Shown here one piece after another: positions 1 through 10,359 of a stretch of DNA of 64,000 nt. This DNA comes from an uncultured virus (IMG/VR IMGVR_UViG_3300028364_000031). Its lineage: Duplodnaviria; Heunggongvirae; Uroviricota; Caudoviricetes. The first letter of the stretch is position 1; every line of letters begins with the position of its first letter. The position numbers were made by a program, and so were the translations under genes. The stretch lies in the IMG/VR virus record IMGVR_UViG_3300028364_000031; one strand, 5' to 3'. The notes under the pieces were generated by a model, which made no database searches, was not told the DNA's origin, and worked only from the letters and a program-made list of their open reading frames with translations.

Positions 1-52
1 TGTAATAAATCTGTATAATTAAACACTCAAACAATTATTGGAGATACAAATT

Positions 53-250
53 ATGACTGATGAACAGAAAAAAATCTTATTGTATGCAATGCTTGATCTT
101 AAAGCATTAATCCGTGCAGAAGATTGGGCGGAAATTTGTGAACTAAAAGATGATGCATCGGAAACTTTGGGTGAAATGATGGACGCTTTTCCCGATAGTG
201 GTGCAGCCTTGAATGAACACTTGGCGAGTAGAGGTGAAGATATAGTATAA
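53..250 (+). CDS. Hypothetical acidic protein (cassette gene)
   Basis: TATAAT at 14-19, GGAG 9 nt before ATG 53, followed by terminator. Confidence 0.8.
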   Translation: MTDEQKKILLYAMLDLKALIRAEDWAEICELKDDASETLGEMMDAFPDSGAALNEHLASRGEDIV

Positions 251-268
251 CAGATCATCCTGTAGATC

Positions 269-296
269 AAAAAGGGAACTTCGGTTCCCTTTTTTT
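269..296 (+). terminator. Rho-independent terminator with TTCG tetraloop
   Basis: AAAAAGGGAAC-TTCG-GTTCCCTTTTTTT; same hairpin repeated at 1008-1036. Confidence 0.92.
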
Positions 297-427
297 ATAA
301 CCCTTTCATCCCTTTAGCATACTACACTATTACTTGTCAAGTAATTTATATACAAAATAATACTTGACGACAGATAATAAATCTGTATAATGGAAACCAT
401 AGAAACTTAAACCACAGAGATTAAATT

Positions 428-925
428 ATGAAAACGAATACTACCACTCAACTTGAACTTACGGGCATCATGAACGACTCTAACTACTTTGTTCGGCGTG
501 AATACAGTAATGATATTAAAGATATTACTAATATTGACGATGGAAGTACAACGGTTCGTGGAGAGATAACAATCTCGACAACGTATGATTATGCTTATGA
601 GGAATCATTACCGCTTAAAATAAGCTGGGTTGTGCCTTACGTCTACGAATATGTTCTGGACGATGCTGGACTACAGACCGTTGCCCATGTTCTACTTTTT
701 GAAACTGATCCACGTGAAGATGTTAATCGTATGATCTTTGAGAATGTGAATGTTATAAAAAAGACTACACACTCTGAAAAATTGCTTTCAAGTAATGAAG
801 AAATCAAGCAATGCTTGGATTTAGGTAGAATAACAATAGTTAATATGGACAAAATCATGGGCAGACTAGAGCATGAACACCTTGCATCATGCTATAATTC
901 AATTACTTGTAACGTACCAAACTAA
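428..925 (+). CDS. Hypothetical protein
   Basis: 165 aa ORF after repeat promoter (TTGACG 364, TATAAT 386). Confidence 0.75.
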   Translation: MKTNTTTQLELTGIMNDSNYFVRREYSNDIKDITNIDDGSTTVRGEITISTTYDYAYEESLPLKISWVVPYVYEYVLDDAGLQTVAHVLLFETDPREDVNRMIFENVNVIKKTTHSEKLLSSNEEIKQCLDLGRITIVNMDKIMGRLEHEHLASCYNSITCNVPN

Positions 926-1007
926 TGGAGAGTGATATGATTACTAATCAAGAAATTTTTAAGAGTATAATCTAACAATTCCTATATAACAGATCATCCT
1001 GTAGATC

Positions 1008-1036
1008 AAAAAGGGAACTTCGGTTCCCTTTTTTTT
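1008..1036 (+). terminator. Rho-independent terminator (duplicate of 269-296)
   Basis: Same hairpin and T tract. Confidence 0.92.
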
Positions 1037-1172
1037 ATATACCTTTCATCCCTTTACCATACTATACTACCGCTTGTCAAGCAAAATATATTTTCATATA
1101 TCTATTGACAACTAATGGTATGGCTGTAATAATGGTCACAAGTTAAAACAACTAGCCACGGAGAATAGAAAA

Positions 1173-2057
1173 ATGAATTACGGAGATAGAATTGCAACCG
1201 AGATTGTAGAGAGTATGATCGAAGCTCTAACAATTGGTGTAAATGGTAAATGGTCAGCCCCATGGACAAACTTAGGTAGTGATATGCCTAAAAATGCTTT
1301 TAGTGGTCGCGAATATAATGGGTTTAATCCACTATACTTATCGTTTGTCGCACAGAGAATGGGCTACACTTCACCACATTGGGCTACATTCCCACAATGG
1401 AAAAAAGCCGGTCATAAGGTTATTAAAGATACCAAAACGACACCAATCGCATTTTGGCAGCCTACAAAGTACACTGAGACATTGAAAGATGGGTCAGAAA
1501 AAGATCGGACTGGGTTCATGTTCAAAGTATATCGCCTAATCAATTCAGATTGTGTGGAAGGCTGGGAACCACCAACGGTAGAACTTAATGAGTTTATGCC
1601 AATCGAACGCTGCCAATCGACTGTAGAGGCTTTACAAGCTGACATTCGTCATGGTGGTAATCGTGCATTTTTCTCACCGTCAGTCGATATTATTCAAATG
1701 CCTGAGCCTGAGCAATTCGACTCTAGTGAGAATTATTATGCTACACTATTCCATGAGATTACTCACTGGACTGGACACAAGGATAGATTAGATCGCGAGT
1801 TCGGTACACGGTTCGGCAATGATGCGTATGCGTTTGAAGAGTTGGTGGCTGAACTAGGTGCCGCTATGCTTTGCGCCCGTCACGGTATTGAAACACAGAA
1901 CCGTGACAGTCATGCACAGTATATACAGCATTGGATTAAAGTATTACGTGCAAACCCTAAAGCGTTATGGACTGCCGGTTCAAAGGCACAAGCCGCCAAT
2001 AATTACGTTATGCAAGCTGGCGAACTATCAAAAGAGGATGAAAAACTAGCAGCCTAA
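1173..2057 (+). CDS. ardC: ArdC-like antirestriction protein (ssDNA-binding N domain + zincin-like metallopeptidase domain)
   Basis: PW..P.N..SGREYNGFN..L, WATFPQW, AFFSP..D.I.MP, YYATLFHEITHWTGH..RLDR, YAFEELVAELGAA, YIQHW motifs typical of ArdC/DUF1738. Confidence 0.92.
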   Translation: MNYGDRIATEIVESMIEALTIGVNGKWSAPWTNLGSDMPKNAFSGREYNGFNPLYLSFVAQRMGYTSPHWATFPQWKKAGHKVIKDTKTTPIAFWQPTKYTETLKDGSEKDRTGFMFKVYRLINSDCVEGWEPPTVELNEFMPIERCQSTVEALQADIRHGGNRAFFSPSVDIIQMPEPEQFDSSENYYATLFHEITHWTGHKDRLDREFGTRFGNDAYAFEELVAELGAAMLCARHGIETQNRDSHAQYIQHWIKVLRANPKALWTAGSKAQAANNYVMQAGELSKEDEKLAA

Positions 2058-2271
2058 AATATATAAACCAAAATGCTCTGAATATCAGAGCATTTTTTTA
2101 TAATCCTTTCATCCCTTTAGCATACTATACTATCACTTGTCAACTATAATCCCACCAAATGGCGCAATTTTTGGCGTGATAAAAATGTTTAATATACGCT
2201 TGACACATATACGAATGTGTAGTAATATGGTTACACCAAATAAGCAAACACACAAACACGGAGAAACAAAT

Positions 2272-3024
2272 ATGAATGTTGAAATTTTTGAATCAAACGG
2301 TTGCAAATTCCGCTGTACTAGCGAGCAAGCCGAAACCTTGCGCCAACTGTCCACAATCCAGCGTGGCGGTATCGGTACAGTCCACAGTTATGTATCATCT
2401 AGTGGTCGTATCACGCCAGAAACGGCAGATATTCAGTTTATCACAGCGTTTTCAATTAGCCGTTTATACCAGCGCAAAATTGACGCTTTGAACGGTCTGG
2501 AAGTATCCGAAGTGCTTAAAAACGCTACCGACAAGACTAGCAACCCGAAATTGGCTCTATTAAGTGAGGCAGAATTGACGGATTTGTTTAATACTCGCCG
2601 TGCTGGTGAGATTGCATCTATGCAAAAAACGCTTGACGGTGATCGTAGTGGCGCACACCGTCAGGCACATGATACATTCTACTGTCATATATCAGATTGT
2701 ATCAAGGTGCATTATCGCACGTTTAAAAATGATGCAGGTGGAACAGAATTAGAATTGATTGGTGGCTTGCCAGTGGTCAAAAGTATTCTGGTAACGATCA
2801 TTGAAATCAAGCGCAAGGTCACAAAAGCCGGTGAATACAAGGTGGTGAACAGTGGCGCACCTGTCCTAATGAGTAACGCGATCAAGAAAACCATGAACAC
2901 GCGCAGTACAAATATCAAAACCCTATCTCTAGCGGGTGATAATTTTGACCGGTTAGTGGTTAGCCGTAAAGAATTTTTGCCAGAACATGTTAAGGGTATA
3001 CCGGACGATCTTTTCATCCGGTAA
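2272..3024 (+). CDS. Hypothetical protein
   Basis: GGAG RBS before ATG 2272 (preferred over track start 2137); promoter TTGACA ~2200. Confidence 0.8.
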   Translation: MNVEIFESNGCKFRCTSEQAETLRQLSTIQRGGIGTVHSYVSSSGRITPETADIQFITAFSISRLYQRKIDALNGLEVSEVLKNATDKTSNPKLALLSEAELTDLFNTRRAGEIASMQKTLDGDRSGAHRQAHDTFYCHISDCIKVHYRTFKNDAGGTELELIGGLPVVKSILVTIIEIKRKVTKAGEYKVVNSGAPVLMSNAIKKTMNTRSTNIKTLSLAGDNFDRLVVSRKEFLPEHVKGIPDDLFIR

Positions 3025-3271
3025 CAGTTTTCCGTGGTTGGAACTAAAAGCCTTAACAGGTTGTTAAAGCCCTGCATTATGAAACATAATGTAGGGCTTT
3101 TTTGTTTATGATTCATCCCTTTACCATACTTATTCTTTATTGTCAACAACTAATAGCGACATTTATCGCGACATTGTGTCGTGATAATACTGCTTGACAA
3201 CCTATAACATTTCTGTATAATAGTACCTATAGAAACACAAACTTAAACAACAACCAACGGAGCAGAAGATT

Positions 3272-3625
3272 ATGAAGACAATTACATTAGGCGTAGTGCA
3301 GAGAGTGACCGATTCAGGTGAATTGTGGCGTGAAGAATATTGGTTAAATGGTAACTTACATAATGAACATGGCGCAGCCTATCGAGAATGGGATGAGTCA
3401 GGTGAATTGATAGAAGAATCCTATTGGTTAAATGGTAAGTTGCATAATGAGCATGGGTCAGCGTTTCGAGAATGGGATGAGTCAGGTGAATTGATAGAAG
3501 AATCCTATTGGTTGAATGGTGAATCATTACTTAAGGCTGAATGGGAGCGTAAAGTAAATCCTGATCCTTGTCTTGGTAAGGTAATTACTGTAGATGGTAA
3601 GCAGTATCGATTAGGAGAAGTATGA
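3272..3625 (+). CDS. MORN-variant-like repeat protein (SGEL.EE.YWLNG.LHNEHG.A x3)
   Basis: Three ~28 aa repeats, near-identical at DNA level; full repeat promoter/RBS upstream. Confidence 0.8.
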   Translation: MKTITLGVVQRVTDSGELWREEYWLNGNLHNEHGAAYREWDESGELIEESYWLNGKLHNEHGSAFREWDESGELIEESYWLNGESLLKAEWERKVNPDPCLGKVITVDGKQYRLGEV

Positions 3626-3863
3626 TGGAAGATCGACAAGTGAGCATGAGTGTAGAAGGTGAAGTGCTAGACGAATTTTAATCCCTAAAGTGTAAACCAA
3701 AAATGCCCTGAACATTCAGGGCATTTTTTATAACATTATCATACCTTTAACATACTACACTATCACTTGTCAAGTAATTTGTATACAAAATAGTGCTTGA
3801 CAGCATGTAATATTTCTGTATAATAGTACCTATAGAAACTAATCAACCACGGAGTAACAGATT

Positions 3864-4394
3864 ATGAAACCTTTTAAGAAAGTTTGTAAAATTGGGTCAG
3901 AGAATGAGTATGATTGGGCTAAAGATATATGGGTAACTATCGAATTGAGAGAAAAAGATGGTAAATTATCCCTAGCAATTTCAGGTGAAGTTGGCCCAAA
4001 ACGTGGCGGTGATGCTGACTCATGTGGGCAAATCCGCAGTGAACTAGCTAGAGTAACAGCATTTGCCGCCGGTTGGGATAAAATTAAGGTGTTACAACTT
4101 AGTGACATTTGGAGAAAGTGGCACCTCAACAATTTGAATGCTGGTAGCCCAATTCAAGAATTAACCATTAAAAACTTTTACGAGCCGCATAATGGGCGTT
4201 TTTGTCATACTCAAGTAGAGAAACTTTTAAAAGATTATGGTGTATTTGAAGATGAAAGTTATCTAGTTGATGGTAAGCCGTACAAGTATGGCTCTGCATG
4301 GCTACATAAGGATTTACCAGACAGCGTGTTACGATGGTTGAAAACTGTGCGTAGCTCTGCACATAGTTCACACCCTTGGTATTATGGTAAGTAG
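3864..4394 (+). CDS. Hypothetical protein
   Basis: 176 aa ORF after repeat promoter and GGAG. Confidence 0.85.
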   Translation: MKPFKKVCKIGSENEYDWAKDIWVTIELREKDGKLSLAISGEVGPKRGGDADSCGQIRSELARVTAFAAGWDKIKVLQLSDIWRKWHLNNLNAGSPIQELTIKNFYEPHNGRFCHTQVEKLLKDYGVFEDESYLVDGKPYKYGSAWLHKDLPDSVLRWLKTVRSSAHSSHPWYYGK

Positions 4395-4422
4395 ATAATA
4401 AACCGAAATGGAGTAACAAAGT

Positions 4423-4578
4423 ATGAGTGATGAAGAAAAGTTACGTGAATTGATCTATGCAATTGGTGAAGCCTTAACACAATATGAGGGTACTATGGAG
4501 GCAGTTGATCTTTATCAGGCTTATGGCTGTAACCCAAGAATCGAGTTCAGAGTAGGTGAAGCAGTAGCACATGAATAA
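4423..4578 (+). CDS. Small hypothetical protein (51 aa, MSDEEKLRELIYAIGE...), not in ORF track
   Basis: GGAGTAACAAAGT-ATG leader like other cassette genes; open frame to TAA 4576-4578. Confidence 0.7.
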   Translation: MSDEEKLRELIYAIGEALTQYEGTMEAVDLYQAYGCNPRIEFRVGEAVAHE

Positions 4579-4781
4579 TTTTCCGTGGTTGGAAAAGTAA
4601 AACCTTAAAGGTTTATAGCCCTGATTATTCAGGGCTTTTTTAATAACCTTTTCATTCCTTTAACACACTACACTATCCCCTGTCAACTAATTCATACACA
4701 AAAATAATGCTTGACAGCATGTAATATTTCTGTATAATTAGAACTGTAGAAACACAAACTTAAACCACGGAGCAGTAAATT

Positions 4782-5441
4782 ATGAGAACGAATACATTAC
4801 AAATCATTCAAGACTATTCGCCAGAATCACCACGGGAATGGTGTAATATTGGCACAATCATGTATACAAGCAATCGTTATACTCTGGGCGATGAGTATGC
4901 AAGTGATCTCAACCACTGGTTACAAGAAAAATTGGTAGAGTCGGGCTATGAAGATCGAGCTATGAAACAGGCCGAAGAAGCTGGCACCGAATATCAATCG
5001 CCTGATGAATTGACCATGCAAGAGTTACAAAAAGAATTTGATGATTATTACTTTCACAGGGCAGTATACGCTTACATTCATAGCGGTACAGCCTTGAGTT
5101 TATCACCATTCAGTTGCCCTTGGGATTCTGGTCAATCAGGCATTATCTATGTAAAAAAGGATTATGCTGAAAGTGAGGGAATTACTCAAGAGCAAGTTTT
5201 TGAAAACTTTAAAGCTGAGATCGACACTTTCAATCAATACTTAAATGGTGACGTTTACGGATTCAAAGTAGTAGATACAGATGGTGAGGAAGTTGATTCA
5301 TGCGGGGGCTTTTATGGTAGCGACTATAAAACGAATGGAATGGCTTGTCATATTGATATGGATACTATCAAAAAAGTTGTTATGATGGAAGATCGACAAG
5401 TGAGCATGAGTGTAGAAGGTGAAGTGCTAGACGAATTTTAA
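4782..5441 (+). CDS. Hypothetical acidic phage protein (SPREW, CPWDSGQ.G, DSCGGFYG motifs)
   Basis: 219 aa ORF with repeat promoter/RBS. Confidence 0.85.
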   Translation: MRTNTLQIIQDYSPESPREWCNIGTIMYTSNRYTLGDEYASDLNHWLQEKLVESGYEDRAMKQAEEAGTEYQSPDELTMQELQKEFDDYYFHRAVYAYIHSGTALSLSPFSCPWDSGQSGIIYVKKDYAESEGITQEQVFENFKAEIDTFNQYLNGDVYGFKVVDTDGEEVDSCGGFYGSDYKTNGMACHIDMDTIKKVVMMEDRQVSMSVEGEVLDEF

Positions 5442-5505
5442 TCCCTAAAGTGTAAACCAAAAATGCCCTGAACATTCAGGGCATTTTTTATAACATTATC
5501 ATACT

Positions 5506-5596
5506 GATCAGGTTAAACCGAACTGGTCGAACAGTAGCAAGTACAAAAAGATTACACAAATTGATTCACACATTTTTTATCGTCCTACCTATTGAC
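5506..5596 (+). pseudogene. 3' fragment of the cell-wall hydrolase gene (copy of ~12535-12624)
   Basis: GATCAGGTT..CCGAACTGGTCGAA...CGTCCTACCTATTGA nearly identical to the end of 12073..12624. Confidence 0.9.
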
Positions 5597-5662
5597 AACC
5601 TATAATAAATCTGTATAATAGTACCTATAGAAACTTAAACACAACCAACGGAGTAACAGATT

Positions 5663-5926
5663 ATGAAGTATTTCCACGTAAAATTGAGAATGTATATCGA
5701 CAGCTACGAAAAGACTAGCACTCACTTTGTTGCGGCTGAAGATGAAAAACAGGCTTTCATCAAGGCCGCTGAGAATGAATCACACACCACACTAGAGTGG
5801 AATGATGATGGAGACGCGGAAGATAATGGGATGATCTATTCCCTTACCAGTGTAACTGAAATCACCCCTGAAGAAGTACGAGCACTTAACAGAATGAAAG
5901 TCATTTACTGGACAGTAACAGCTTAA
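5663..5926 (+). CDS. Hypothetical protein, paralog of 12692..12973
   Basis: MKYFHVKL...THFVAAEDEK...WTVTA shared. Confidence 0.88.
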   Translation: MKYFHVKLRMYIDSYEKTSTHFVAAEDEKQAFIKAAENESHTTLEWNDDGDAEDNGMIYSLTSVTEITPEEVRALNRMKVIYWTVTA

Positions 5927-6152
5927 ACAACAATCGCGATTAAACGTCACTAGACAAGGAAGGTGTATCATAGTGTAGCGTAACCCCCATAATATAATTT
6001 TGAGAATAATACTTGACTTAAAAATGCCCTGAACATTCAGGGCATTTTTTATAACATTATCATACCTTTAACATACTACACTATCACTTGTCAAGTAATT
6101 TGTATACAAAATAGTGCTTGACAGCATGTAATATTTCTGTATAATATGTACT

Positions 6153-6365
6153 ATGATATTAAAAATTAAAAGACGCATCCGCAACTGTTTAGTACGTTTG
6201 GATGTTAAAACCGAAAAGTGGGTACTTCCAGAACGATTCTGGAACGCCCTCGATGAAGAAAAATTTGATGAATGTGAAACCTTTATCGAACAAGCATATC
6301 GGAATTATCCTGATGATCCACACGTAGTCTATGCTCAAAGTCTATTAACACGCTTATCCAGTTGA
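6153..6365 (+). CDS. Hypothetical protein (possibly leaderless mRNA)
   Basis: ATG lies ~7 nt after TATAAT, no SD. Confidence 0.6.
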   Translation: MILKIKRRIRNCLVRLDVKTEKWVLPERFWNALDEEKFDECETFIEQAYRNYPDDPHVVYAQSLLTRLSS

Positions 6366-6419
6366 TAGAAAAATTCTTGACGATCAATAAATACCCATAA
6401 TCCAATAGAGTACACCATC

Positions 6420-6707
6420 ATGCTACTAGCAAAACTATTTGAATCAAACAACGACTTTAATAAGTCAGTACGTGCAGAAAATGAAAAACGTGCAAAAGAT
6501 AGAAAGATGAAACGCAAGCATGAATTGCGATCACGTAAACATAAAAGCAATTTACAATCAAAAGAAAATCTGGCACAGTTCGATAACCTTCAGCAGATGC
6601 GTAAAAAGGAATCTGATGAAAAGGTTGAACGGAATAAGGACAATTTGAAAACTGATAAAGTAGTCAATAGTGCTGATGCTCTTCAAAAAAGATTAGCCGA
6701 TAAGTGA
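6420..6707 (+). CDS. Basic late protein with CTS-like leader (MLLAKLFE)
   Basis: AATAAATA at 6386-6393; K/R-rich. Confidence 0.7.
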   Translation: MLLAKLFESNNDFNKSVRAENEKRAKDRKMKRKHELRSRKHKSNLQSKENLAQFDNLQQMRKKESDEKVERNKDNLKTDKVVNSADALQKRLADK

Positions 6708-6793
6708 AATAGTGCTTGACAGGTTGTAATTTTTCTGTATAATAGTACCTATAGAAACACAAACTTAAACAACAACCAACGGAGTAACAAATC

Positions 6794-7096
6794 ATGCTAA
6801 ATGCAATCAATTTTAATGGCACAGACTTTTCTCTGGACTCAGATGAAATAGAAGCCAATCTATTAGAAGCCCTGATCGACTGTGGTCAATCAGGTGACGT
6901 TTTACCACAAGTTCAATACGTCATTGCTAATTGGAGCATCACGGGCGATACAGATGATTGTAGAAAGTATCTGGCAGGATATGGCGCATGGGTTGATGAT
7001 GAACTGCTAGACCATACCACAAATCTTGAACGATTAGTGTGGCTAACAGGTTCAGCACTATTAGAAGATGAATCAGCATATTTCTCAACTTATTAA
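6794..7096 (+). CDS. Hypothetical acidic protein
   Basis: Repeat promoter and GGAG leader upstream. Confidence 0.85.
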   Translation: MLNAINFNGTDFSLDSDEIEANLLEALIDCGQSGDVLPQVQYVIANWSITGDTDDCRKYLAGYGAWVDDELLDHTTNLERLVWLTGSALLEDESAYFSTY

Positions 7097-7154
7097 ACTT
7101 GATACTTTGTAAATACTATGATGCCATATAACTTAATAACTAAGGAGTTCCAAA

Positions 7155-7535
7155 ATGTTTAAACTACTAGTAGCAATTACACTCTTAATCGTTTCAAGTG
7201 CATCCTTTGCCGAGAAATCATTGATGAATCAGCTTCAAAGTAAACCAGTCTGTGAAAGCCCATCAGGTTTTACTCTCGATACAGCGGGGGGTGTATGGAT
7301 GCCACAAGATTACTCACACCTACAACTTGAACAACCAAGCTCAACAATCGAATATCCAGATATGACAATCAACACCGTTACATTTGGATATGACAATAGA
7401 TTGTATGTCAATGGTAATCTAGTTGATACCTTCACCTGTGTGTTATATTTCAATGTCTCTATAATCGACTCACAAGAACTAGGTGTTGAAATCTATATGT
7501 ATGGCCATACCTTTTTTGTACGATTGGATATCTAA
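7155..7535 (+). CDS. Exported protein with Sec signal peptide
   Basis: MFKLLVAITLLIVSSASFA (S-x-A cleavage site); TAAGGAG RBS. Confidence 0.8.
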   Translation: MFKLLVAITLLIVSSASFAEKSLMNQLQSKPVCESPSGFTLDTAGGVWMPQDYSHLQLEQPSSTIEYPDMTINTVTFGYDNRLYVNGNLVDTFTCVLYFNVSIIDSQELGVEIYMYGHTFFVRLDI

Positions 7536-7735
7536 CATATAATACAACGCGCTTGGTAAACCAAAAAAGCCCTGAATGTTCAGGGCTTTTTTTATAACAT
7601 TATCATCCCTTTAACATATTATACTATTACTTGTCAAGTAATTTGTATATGAAAATAGTGCTTGACAGTAGATAATAAATGTGTATAATAAGAACTGTAG
7701 AAACACAAACTTAAACAACCAACAGGTGAAACATT

Positions 7736-8425
7736 ATGAATCAGAATACACTTACAGTTAAATTACTAAAACAGTATCATGCCTGTGCCATTGGTCTGGT
7801 AGAGCGCAACAACCTTGAGGGTTTTCCATTAGATCGCTTGGACGAAGTTCAAGGGAATTATAATTGTTATATTGAACAGCTTGAAGGGATTAAGGATTCG
7901 CTGCCAACATGCAAATTTGATGCCCAAGGGAATATGATCGAGCGGACAGATTTATATGGCTGCGTTATTATCTATGAATATGATACTCAAGGGCGTATGA
8001 TTAAGGAAACAAATGCAGAGGGAGATATTACTGCCTATGAATATGATACTCAAGGGCGTATGATTAAGGAAACAAATGCAGAGGGAGATATTACTGCCTA
8101 TGAACATGATGCCCAAGGGAATAAGATCAAAATAACATTTTCAAGTGGCGCTTTTAATACATTTGAATATGATGCCCAAGGGCATCTGATCAAAAAAACA
8201 TTTTCAAATGGCAATGTTCACAAATATGGATATGATGCCCAAGGGAATCAGATCAAACACACATCCCCAAATGGTGATGTTGATGCCTATGAATTTGATG
8301 GCTATGGGAATATGATCAAACAAACAAATTCAAAGGGTGCTGTTATTACATGGAAATATGAACATTATGAAGATGGACAATTGAAACGTCTGAATGACAT
8401 GATCATTCCGTGGTTTGAAAAGTAA
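7736..8425 (+). CDS. YD/RHS-like repeat protein
   Basis: Seven 21-aa YEYD..G..IK.T...G repeats; exact 63 bp duplication 7973-8035/8036-8098. Confidence 0.85.
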   Translation: MNQNTLTVKLLKQYHACAIGLVERNNLEGFPLDRLDEVQGNYNCYIEQLEGIKDSLPTCKFDAQGNMIERTDLYGCVIIYEYDTQGRMIKETNAEGDITAYEYDTQGRMIKETNAEGDITAYEHDAQGNKIKITFSSGAFNTFEYDAQGHLIKKTFSNGNVHKYGYDAQGNQIKHTSPNGDVDAYEFDGYGNMIKQTNSKGAVITWKYEHYEDGQLKRLNDMIIPWFEK

Positions 8426-8613
8426 AACGTAAAACCAAAAATGTCCTGATTATTCAGGGCATTTTTTATACACTTTTCATCCCTTTAGCATACTACACTA
8501 TCACTTGTCAACTAATTCATACACAAAAATACTGCTTGACAACCTATAACATTTCTGTATAATAGTACCTATAGAAACACAAACTTAAACAACAACCAAC
8601 GGAGTAACAGATT

Positions 8614-9069
8614 ATGAACATACAATTGGGATACGATGTACTAGATTCCAGAGATGTCATTGAAACAATTGATCAACTGGAATCAGAGCTGAAATTTTTA
8701 GTAGAGTACCACAAAGAACAACTGGAGTTGAAGATGGAGGGGGCTGAACGAACTGCCAGCGATATTAAATCCCTCAAGAGCCAAATTAAACCTTTGAGGG
8801 CATTTGCTGATGCCTTTATTGATATGATTGGTAGTGCATGGTATGACGGTGTTAGCCTAGTCAATGATGACTATTTTATCGAATACACCAAGGAATATTC
8901 GGATAATATCGGTAAAACTTCTGATGATGACTCGTGGCCATTCACTCATATTGATTGGAATTCAGCGGCGGATGCATTGCAGTATTATTTTAGTAGCGTT
9001 GACGTGGATGAACATAAGTATTGGACTGCCAAATTATTAAAGATGGATTTCCTGTGGTTGGAAAAGTAA
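8614..9069 (+). CDS. Acidic protein, possibly ArdA-like antirestriction
   Basis: C-terminal EY..EY.D...WPFTHIDWNSAADAL resembles the ArdA-like YIDYE..ARDL motif; weak. Confidence 0.5.
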   Translation: MNIQLGYDVLDSRDVIETIDQLESELKFLVEYHKEQLELKMEGAERTASDIKSLKSQIKPLRAFADAFIDMIGSAWYDGVSLVNDDYFIEYTKEYSDNIGKTSDDDSWPFTHIDWNSAADALQYYFSSVDVDEHKYWTAKLLKMDFLWLEK

Positions 9070-9250
9070 AACCTTAAAGGTTTATAGCCCTGATCATTCA
9101 GGGCTTTTTTTATAACACTATCATCCCTTTAACACACTACACTATCCCTTGTCAACTAATTTGTATATAAAAATAGTGCTTGACAGCATGTAATATTTCT
9201 GTATAATTAGAACTGTAGAAACACAAACTTAAACCACGGAGCAGTAAATT

Positions 9251-9793
9251 ATGAATCATACTTACAAAATTGAATTGCTACAACTTTTAGATCAACTAAA
9301 AAACGATGCAAAGGTAATGTATGGGTTTAACAAATACATTGACCTGACCTTTAAAAATCTTGGTATGCACGGTGGATGGGCTAAAGTTGTTGATCGTATG
9401 TATGCTATCGAAATCAATAATCAATTACTATGTGAAAAATACCTTGACGAGGCTAAAGATACTCTAATCCATGAGTTTGCTCATATTGTGTGTTTTTGGG
9501 ATAGATCATTAGGACGCAACCACAATAAAGGTTGGAAAAAAGTCTGTAGAGCATTAGGTGGCACTGGCAACCGTTGCCACTCAGTACCCCTTAAACCTAA
9601 GCGTAAAACCCGTGTGGCAATCTATAACGTGCCTACACCAAACGGTAATGTAACAATGCCAATTGGTTTGATCGTACACGGTAAAATTAATAAAGGTCAA
9701 AATAGATGGCTAATTGCATGTCGATCAAAAATCTTACCGGAACATTTTACCGGAAAAATAATGCTCAAATCAGAATACAAAAATACTGCTTGA
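9251..9793 (+). CDS. SprT-like zinc metalloprotease
   Basis: DTLIHEFAH, HNKGWK.VC..LGG...RCH motifs. Confidence 0.88.
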   Translation: MNHTYKIELLQLLDQLKNDAKVMYGFNKYIDLTFKNLGMHGGWAKVVDRMYAIEINNQLLCEKYLDEAKDTLIHEFAHIVCFWDRSLGRNHNKGWKKVCRALGGTGNRCHSVPLKPKRKTRVAIYNVPTPNGNVTMPIGLIVHGKINKGQNRWLIACRSKILPEHFTGKIMLKSEYKNTA

Positions 9794-9852
9794 CAGTAAA
9801 TAATATTTCTGTATAATAGTACCTATAGAAACTTAAACCACGGAGCAAGATT

Positions 9853-10182
9853 ATGGAAGCTTTTTCTATTCCAGATGAACTACTAGATGAAATTGGACTT
9901 GACGTACCCACACTGGCCAACTGGCGTGGATTGGACGAATACGATAAACAGTGTGATGAATTTATTGATACTCTAAAAAAGTATATTCTTACTCTGGAAG
10001 TTCGCCCGAAACATACTGGCAAAATACTATCACTTCCATTCGCGGATGGCTACGCCCAATATATGTTTGTGGATTGTAAAGAGTATGGTAAGTATTTACT
10101 CCATTTACCATTAGGTGATGCGTATCACGATCCATTAGTGTATAATTTATCAGTCCGAGAAGTGTTGAAGCGTATCAAATAA
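9853..10182 (+). CDS. Hypothetical protein
   Basis: ADGYAQY/LHLPLGDAY; repeat promoter/RBS upstream. Confidence 0.85.
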   Translation: MEAFSIPDELLDEIGLDVPTLANWRGLDEYDKQCDEFIDTLKKYILTLEVRPKHTGKILSLPFADGYAQYMFVDCKEYGKYLLHLPLGDAYHDPLVYNLSVREVLKRIK

Positions 10183-10359
10183 CAAACAAGTTTATAGCCC
10201 TGATCATTCAGGGCTTTTTTTATAACACTATCATCCCTTTAACACACTACACTATCACTTGTCAACTAATTCATATACAAAAATACTGCTTGACGGTAGG
10301 GAATACATGTGTATAATAAGAACTATAGAAAACTTAAACAACCAATGGAGTAACATATT

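Noticed and set aside
3272..8425. Diversity-generating retroelement template/variable repeat pairs
   Set aside because: No reverse transcriptase in the window; repeats are tandem, in-frame and show no obvious adenine-specific differences
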